From assembly GCA_963840455.1 (NCBI GenBank), contig CAWIYV010000011.1:533066-597065 (forward strand): a stretch of 64,000 nucleotides of DNA, read 5' to 3'. Below, in pieces: positions 58,596 through 64,000 of the stretch (positions within the stretch are counted from its first letter, which is position 1; each line of letters starts with the position of its first letter). A model generated the notes under the pieces. The model had not been told where the DNA came from, searched no databases, and worked only from the letters and a program-made list of their open reading frames with translations. Both the position numbers and the translations under genes were made by a program. This DNA is from Nitrospirota bacterium (GTDB taxonomy: Bacteria; Nitrospirota; UBA9217).

Positions 58596-60338
58596 TTAGA
58601 TCGCCCCGTTGGTGGTGCTCAACTGGTTGATGAGCGTTTGCATGTTGGTCGTGGTAAGGGTTGATCTGTTCATGGCAGAACCCAGGAACGAAGTCATTGC
58701 ACTCGCCAATCCGCTGGTCCCTGCCGTGGACTGCATCATGGTACCGCCGCCACCCATCATGCCACCACCCATACCACCCATGGTTATCTGGGTGCTTCCC
58801 ATCTGACCGTTCATGATGCCGTCCGAAGCATCGTTCATCATGGACAAGATCAGGGCTGCGGGGTCCGTCATGCTGATGGTCTGTGCATACTGAGACATGG
58901 CGGCAATGGCAACGCCGTAGTTCTTCATGTCCACAGTAGCAGTACCGCCGGATCCTAGTACTGCCGCATTCATCGGGACGGTTTCAAGTATGTTGGACAC
59001 CATGAAGTAGTTGCCAACCGCCGTGTTTGCTGCCGTAATATTGGCATCAGTCATACCGCCTGCCATTGCCTGGGCACGGGCCTGCGCCATAGACGTAAGA
59101 GGAGTCATCTGAATGCCCGTGATCGTGGCTCCGCTTGAGATGGTTGGAATGACTGCGGTCATCACATCGCCGGCCGACATGGTCATGGTTGTGCCGGTTG
59201 CCAGGTTGTTATACGACCCCCCGCTCATCTTGAGCATGACCGGCCCGGAATAGGCGCCGAGGGACAGGCTGAAGCTGCCCATGCTGTTCGTGGTCCCGCT
59301 AGCCAATTGAGCGCCCAGAGAGCCGCCACTCACTGCGTATGCCATGACCGTGGCGTTGCCCATCGTTCCGTTGAAGACCGATCCGCCGACCATCCCGCTC
59401 ATCGGCGTTCCTCCGCCACTCGGAATGCTGCCGGTCGCCGAAGTAGTCAACTTGTTCATGAGCGCCGTCATGTCTCCAGCAGTTACGCCTGACTTATTCA
59501 GGGTGGAGGTCATGAACGTCGCCATTTCCGTGGCGAGCCCGCTCGTCCCCGCAGTTGTCGTCATCATGGAGCTGCCGGCCATCATTCCGCCCATCATGAC
59601 CGGGGTACCTCCCATCAAGCCGTTCATAACGCCGTCCGACGCGTCATTCATCATGGCCGTGACCATGTTGGAGGAAGAGGTCATTCCCATGTCCTTCGCG
59701 GATTGCGACATTGCCGCGATGGCCATGCCGTAGTTTTTCATGTCCTGGGTCGCGGTGCCGCTTGATCCGGACACAAGCGGGCTCATGGGTGGCGTATGCA
59801 GGATATCGTTCACGATGAAGTAATTTCCTATTGCGGTGTTTGCTGCCGTGATATTTACATCCATCATGCCGCCCGCCATATTATTTGCCATTGCCTGGGC
59901 CATGGAGGTCAGAGGGGTTACTTGAATTCCGGTAACCGTCGAGCCGGTAGATAGCGTTGTCATAACAGCGGTCATCACATCACCGGGAGCCATGGATACG
60001 GTAACGCCGGTCGCCTCATCCACGTATGTTCCACCGCCCATCTGAAGCATAATGGAGCCTGCATAGTCGCCAACTAATATATTGAAATTTCCCTGACTGT
60101 CCGTTGCTCCACTGGCGAGTTGCATGCCCATGGTCCCATTGGTGATGGCATATGCCGTTACTGTCCCTCCGCTAATCGGTCCCTTGACCGCCGTACCACT
60201 GATCATTCCGTTAGCGCCTGTTGTTCCTCCAGGAGTCGTCGCACTGCTCCCTCCTCCGCCACAACCATAAAGAAGCGACATTGACCCGATTAAGAGAGTG
60301 AGAGTTAACATTACCTTGAGTTTCTTGTGCTTTTGCAT
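58596..60338 (-). CDS. extremely methionine-rich lipoprotein with an internal tandem duplication
   Basis: Signal peptide plus LLYGC lipobox. 69 Met in 580 residues by hand count (~12%). Also Gly/Thr/Ala/Ser-rich, no Cys after the lipobox, 1 His. Two ~250-aa repeat units (GNFNILVGDYAGSIMLQM... versus GSFSLSLGAYSGPVMLKM...). Confidence 0.7.
   Translation of the reverse strand: MQKHKKLKVMLTLTLLIGSMSLLYGCGGGGSSATTPGGTTGANGMISGTAVKGPISGGTVTAYAITNGTMGMQLASGATDSQGNFNILVGDYAGSIMLQMGGGTYVDEATGVTVSMAPGDVMTAVMTTLSTGSTVTGIQVTPLTSMAQAMANNMAGGMMDVNITAANTAIGNYFIVNDILHTPPMSPLVSGSSGTATQDMKNYGMAIAAMSQSAKDMGMTSSSNMVTAMMNDASDGVMNGLMGGTPVMMGGMMAGSSMMTTTAGTSGLATEMATFMTSTLNKSGVTAGDMTALMNKLTTSATGSIPSGGGTPMSGMVGGSVFNGTMGNATVMAYAVSGGSLGAQLASGTTNSMGSFSLSLGAYSGPVMLKMSGGSYNNLATGTTMTMSAGDVMTAVIPTISSGATITGIQMTPLTSMAQARAQAMAGGMTDANITAANTAVGNYFMVSNILETVPMNAAVLGSGGTATVDMKNYGVAIAAMSQYAQTISMTDPAALILSMMNDASDGIMNGQMGSTQITMGGMGGGMMGGGGTMMQSTAGTSGLASAMTSFLGSAMNRSTLTTTNMQTLINQLSTTNGAI
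58600..60175 (-). repeat. intragenic tandem duplication (two ~0.75-0.8 kb units) inside the Met-rich lipoprotein gene
   Basis: Protein-level repeat units ~45% identical with conserved blocks (DVMTAV, TGIQ.TPLTSMAQA, ITAANTA.GNYF, DMKNYG.AIAAMSQ, MMNDASDG.MNG). Unit boundaries are approximate. Confidence 0.6.
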
Positions 60339-60386
60339 TTGTTACATCCCCCTAAATTAAACTAATTTTACTGCCATTGTGATTTA

Positions 60387-60412
60387 GACGAGGTAACGAC
60401 TAAAAGGTTACA
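60387..60412 (-). promoter_or_regulatory. candidate ECF-sigma-type promoter TGTAAC-N16-CGTC upstream of the Met-rich lipoprotein gene
   Basis: Minus-strand sequence TGTAACcttttagtcgttacctCGTCTAA. Predicted start site ~40 nt before the ATG at 60338. GGGGGA RBS follows. Confidence 0.4.
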
Positions 60413-61039
60413 AATAACTTCACGACGAGTTATTCCTTAAATATCGTCTCATCTATCTTTGAATACTGCAAAACAGGATAATTGTCGATTTCAAGCAGCG
60501 GATAGTTGAAAAAAGAGCCCACTCGACGCATGCCAGATTATTGGGATTTCCTTCGGGAAGAACAACGGCTTGACGTGATGGTATTAGGTCTACGTAAGGC
60601 TAGTTCTCTGAAGAAACTACACTCCAGTGACCAAAAATCAAATGTTGAAGGATGAGGCTCTTTCTTATCTCTTTGCCGCTTGCCTCCTCCCAGGCTAAAC
60701 ATCTGCGCCCTGCCGACTGTTTCGATGTTATGCAACTCTGTATGTTCCGACTCTGCGCAAACGAAGTCAATAATAAAAGCGAAATGCATGGATAAATAGA
60801 TTGCGACTGTTGCACATTTAAACGATGTTGTACTCGCAGTCATATATAATCGCCGCTTCCTGCCGCTATTATCGCAACTTCAAATCAGCGCAAGACAAAT
60901 CCATACATGTTTACCTGTAACCTTTTATGATTTGTTTCGTCTCATATGGCATCAACCCGGAAGAAGAATATTTTATCGGAGCTCCAAAGAAAGAATAATA
61001 TTTTTTATTCTAACGTGTTTACTGCGAGGGAGTCGCATT

Positions 61040-61540
61040 ATGAAAATGAAGAGGTTATTGATTGCATATTTTCTGAGCGGTGTGTTTGCTGTTTTTGGAC
61101 TGTTCTCTCCGGTTGCTGGCAATGCGGGGATAAATGTAGACATTAATGTTCCCCTGCCCGACATCGCCATAGCCGGACCGCCAGCCATGGTGGTTGTCCC
61201 CGGCGCCTATGTGTACTTTGCCCCTGATGTTGAAGCTGACCTTTTTTTCTATCACGGATACTGGTACCGGCCCCATCAGGGAGGATGGTATTATTCGCTC
61301 GGATACAACGGGCCCTGGGGCCGCATAACGATCGGGAATGTGCCGCCGCCGCTGGTCAGTCTGCGGCCCGGCTATCGGAATGTACCTCCAGCCTATGAGC
61401 GCATGCCCTACCCTGTGGTACAGAGGTACTGGAGACAATGGGAAGAGGAACGGTACTGGGATTCCTATCAGAGAAGTGATGAGCATCCAGCGCCCCATCG
61501 GGGTCATGGTATGGGTATGGGCAGGGGAATGGGAATGTAG
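61040..61540 (+). CDS. secreted Tyr/Trp/Pro-rich protein with a C-terminal GHGMGMGRGMGM tail
   Basis: Start set at MKMKRLLIAYFLSGVFAVFG (signal peptide); the ORF is open from 60932. C-terminal (MG)n run. Confidence 0.5.
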   Translation: MKMKRLLIAYFLSGVFAVFGLFSPVAGNAGINVDINVPLPDIAIAGPPAMVVVPGAYVYFAPDVEADLFFYHGYWYRPHQGGWYYSLGYNGPWGRITIGNVPPPLVSLRPGYRNVPPAYERMPYPVVQRYWRQWEEERYWDSYQRSDEHPAPHRGHGMGMGRGMGM

Positions 61541-61844
61541 AGGCGTGGGGACTGATGGTCTAATTAGTATCGTATCGACGATGCGGATTTCGTCAAGTAT
61601 ACTTGCTGGTCTGCACTGCCAATTTTGCGGCGGAGCAAAGAATTCATGATGTAATATGCCCTTGAGCGAGCGGAAAAACGTGGTGTGACAAAATAAGAGC
61701 TAATTCCTGATTGGAATTTTCAGAGAAAGCCACGGGATCGGCCAGTCCCGGGATGATCCTAATCGCCGATTCCGGGCCTTCTTAAAAGATGCAACTTTCC
61801 TATTGCATCTATCCCGTGCGCGGGGGTAAAATTTATAAGAGGTT

Positions 61845-62666
61845 TTGCTCATGGCCTTGACGGCATTCCTTCCACCTTCGAACCCTCATCAGCCGCAAGC
61901 CTCTATACGGAACATTCGCATGCACATGTCCGACCTCTTATCGACAGATCTTCCCGCGACCGACGCCGCGCCGCAGCCGATGTTCTGCGCGGCCATTGCC
62001 GGGTTCATCCGTTGCGCCTTCCGGCGCCCTGTCGCGGGACGGGTCCTCGCCGTCGCCGCGCTCATGGCCGCTGCGCATGCCCCTGGAACAGCCCGGGCAA
62101 CGGAGCTGGCGTCCCTAAACTTTACGGTCGTTCATCCGGCACAGCGTTGGTCCTCGGCGCCGCTCGTCCGGGAGACCTACGACACGTACAATGTCCACGG
62201 CACCAGCATTCCCGAGCTGTGCGCCTGCCTAAGCCGTAACGGCGTCCGGATGAATAACGGCGACATTTACGATGCCCTGACCAGCTGGGATGTGAAGTGG
62301 GAGTACGACTACGATCGCTCCCCTGGCGGATGCTCGGTGGATGACTTCCGCGCAGTCGTGGACGTGACCATCCGCTACCCCCGCTGGGTTTCGAACGATG
62401 ACGCCCCTGCTCCGCTGGCAAATGCCTGGGACGCCTTTCTGCACAGCCTCATCCAGCATGAACAGGTCCACCGCGATATCGCTGTGGCAGCCGCCGACGG
62501 GCTGATCCGCGCCGCTACCGCGATCCCGCCTGCGGCCACCTGCGCTGACTTGGACCGGGCCGTGGAAGCCCTTGGCCGATCATTCATGAAGCAGCTCACG
62601 CTGGACCAGCATGCCTATGATGCTGAAACCAGCCATGGCGCCATGCAGGGCGCCGTCCTTCCCTAG
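61845..62666 (+). CDS. DUF922-like putative secreted zinc metalloprotease (HExxH)
   Basis: HEQVHRDI HExxH motif near the C-terminal third. Probable signal peptide if the start is the internal Met near 61980. Confidence 0.55.
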   Translation: MLMALTAFLPPSNPHQPQASIRNIRMHMSDLLSTDLPATDAAPQPMFCAAIAGFIRCAFRRPVAGRVLAVAALMAAAHAPGTARATELASLNFTVVHPAQRWSSAPLVRETYDTYNVHGTSIPELCACLSRNGVRMNNGDIYDALTSWDVKWEYDYDRSPGGCSVDDFRAVVDVTIRYPRWVSNDDAPAPLANAWDAFLHSLIQHEQVHRDIAVAAADGLIRAATAIPPAATCADLDRAVEALGRSFMKQLTLDQHAYDAETSHGAMQGAVLP

Positions 62667-62811
62667 CACCCTTCAGCGCCTTACATCCACACCGATAGTT
62701 GTCACCATGAGCAAACAGAAAGAGCAGGCTGCTGTTTCGCCTGCTCTTCAAGCTGTGGTAACTTGCATGTTTTTCCGTCCTTCCCGGACGGTCATGGTGC
62801 ACTGTGGTCCG

Positions 62812-63042
62812 CTACGGCAGACCAGAGCCAGGGCCGAAGAAGGACTCCCAGATGCGGGTGTGCTCATCGACCTCCTTTACCGCTCCTTTGCCTTCCGCTG
62901 CCAAGCCAAACGCTGCGACCTCCTTCTCATGGACGAGGTTCTCCTCATACATCGCAACGCCTACATCGACCGGCTTCTCCTCAGAGATGATCGTCGCCTT
63001 AATCGGCGTCGGTATCATCACTCTGCTTCTCCGGTCCCCCAC
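62812..63042 (-). CDS. small hypothetical protein (76 aa, acidic)
   Basis: Balanced composition (…EEKPVDVGVAMYEENLVHEKEVAAFGLAAEGKGAVKEVDEHT…). A hairpin at 62727-62752 with a downstream U-rich tract on the minus-sense RNA could be its terminator. It competes with a less protein-like plus-strand ORF 62706..63156. Confidence 0.3.
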   Translation of the reverse strand: MGDRRSRVMIPTPIKATIISEEKPVDVGVAMYEENLVHEKEVAAFGLAAEGKGAVKEVDEHTRIWESFFGPGSGLP

Positions 63043-63052
63043 GAACTATGCG

Positions 63053-63089
63053 AAAAAAAAGGCAGGCATCCCGTTGGATGCCGGCCTGC
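63053..63089 (-). terminator. intrinsic terminator after the partial outer-membrane protein gene
   Basis: Plus strand AAAAAAAA-GCAGGCATCC-cgtt-GGATGC(cg)GCCTGC. Bulged 10-bp stem then U8 on the minus-sense RNA, ~50 nt after the stop at 63140. Confidence 0.5.
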
Positions 63090-63139
63090 GTTCTGGAATT
63101 GGCGGAGCTCCTGGATTCAGGGTCCGGGAAGGAGGTTGG

Positions 63140-63985
63140 TCAGAAAGCATAACTGAGCGTACCAACGTACCTCAGCGTGTCGTTAAAGCCTGCCTCATCG
63201 CGGTGGTAGAATTGCACACCAACACTGATGTTCGCATGCTCCGTCACATATCGCAAGCCCGGCATAAGCCCTGTGGAATTCATTGCATTGACCGTGGGGA
63301 TATTTTTCTTGACCACGGTCGTATACTCAAACATCGCCTGCAGTTTGCGGCTTTCCGTGAGCGGGAAGAGCAGTCCGGCGTTCACGACCCCATACTTTTC
63401 TGAATAACTCTTGCCATCTGTCCATGGAATCTTGTCCTTGTAACAGACCTGTCCTTCAAAATAGACGCCGATAAAGTAATCCCCGGGCATCTCCTTCTCG
63501 GCAGTGCCGATTACCATGAACCGCAGGCCCATATCCTCCACGTCGTTGTATCCCTTCGCGGCATCCCCGGTCGGGAACGTATACGCGATCCCGAGCGCTA
63601 TGGCGGGCAAGGGGTCATTCTCGGACGAGATCCGCCACTTGACCAGGACATCGGTGTCACCGAAGCCGGTCTCCCGGGTCGTCGAACTGCCGAAGTTGGT
63701 CCCGATCGCCTGTGCGCGTATGCCGATCTCGATGCGATCCGTGATGCCCGCAGTGATCGTGGCGAAACCCTGTGCAATGCTGAAATTCGGATCGCTGCTG
63801 TTCTCGGCAATGGAGGCAAGACCCACGACGATGCGCCCCTTGGGCTGCGTATAGGCCGAGTTGGTAAAGATCAGCCCCGTGAGGCCCTGGATATTGGCCG
63901 GTCGGTTGATCACTGTGGAGGCATCGTCTTTCGGCACTTCTCCGGAATCAAGGTAGCTGGACCCGGCCGCCGACTGACCGATCAT
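63140..63985 (-). CDS. outer-membrane beta-barrel protein (MetA/phenol-degradation-pathway-type transporter-like), possibly 5'-truncated by the window end
   Basis: Alternating amphipathic beta strands. C-terminal ...GTLSYAF aromatic terminus. The ORF reaches within 15 nt of the window end, so the true start may lie outside. Confidence 0.55.
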   Translation of the reverse strand: MIGQSAAGSSYLDSGEVPKDDASTVINRPANIQGLTGLIFTNSAYTQPKGRIVVGLASIAENSSDPNFSIAQGFATITAGITDRIEIGIRAQAIGTNFGSSTTRETGFGDTDVLVKWRISSENDPLPAIALGIAYTFPTGDAAKGYNDVEDMGLRFMVIGTAEKEMPGDYFIGVYFEGQVCYKDKIPWTDGKSYSEKYGVVNAGLLFPLTESRKLQAMFEYTTVVKKNIPTVNAMNSTGLMPGLRYVTEHANISVGVQFYHRDEAGFNDTLRYVGTLSYAF

Positions 63986-64000
63986 GGTCAGCAGAATGAT

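Noticed and set aside
62727-62791. Second hairpin CCGTCC-ttccc-GGACGG at 62775-62791 as a terminator
   Set aside because: It is preceded, not followed, by a T-run on the plus strand. Neither strand therefore yields stem plus U-tract, and it was not annotated. The nearby GAGCAGGC...GCCTGCTC hairpin (62727-62752) fits a minus-strand terminator better.
62706-63156. Plus-strand 150-aa ORF (MSKQKEQAAV...) as a gene
   Set aside because: It is Arg-rich with low-complexity composition, runs through the minus-strand OMP terminator and overlaps the OMP stop. The opposite-strand 76-aa ORF has more protein-like composition and a plausible terminator. Neither is confident.

Overview
High-GC (~60%+) bacterial chromosomal window with deltaproteobacterial character (a Geobacter-type truncated PilA pilin is present). 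It is dominated by signal transduction genes and envelope functions. Main contents, in order: (1) a partner-switching module (ATPase-fused RsbW-like kinase plus STAS antagonist) flanked by a GAF-GGDEF cyclase and a GAF-HD-GYP phosphodiesterase. (2) A PP2C / vWA / zinc-ribbon-FHA / large membrane FHA-vWA-FHA-zinc-ribbon / Hanks Ser-Thr kinase module, preceded by a sigma-54-type promoter. (3) A TolB-like beta-propeller gene and an orphan short e-pilin gene. (4) A second sigma-54-FHA activator / FHA / PP2C / STK module. (5) Two hybrid sensor kinases and EF-hand, fadD-like, cold-shock, cupin and HD-domain genes. (6) A ~110-bp hairpin-containing repeat family in three copies, bracketing the mreBCD-mrdA-rodA operon and a frameshifted radical-SAM gene. 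(7) A long minus-strand run: START/SRPBCC proteins, SRAP peptidase, P-type ATPase, pycB - beta-carbonic anhydrase - pycA, and others. (8) An ECF sigma / anti-sigma controlled envelope cluster encoding extremely methionine-rich secreted proteins and lipoproteins. At least three genes carry single-base frameshifts, plausibly homopolymer indel errors. No tRNA, rRNA, CRISPR array, transposase or integrase was recognised. Every functional call is motif recognition by eye from the supplied translations; no database search was possible.
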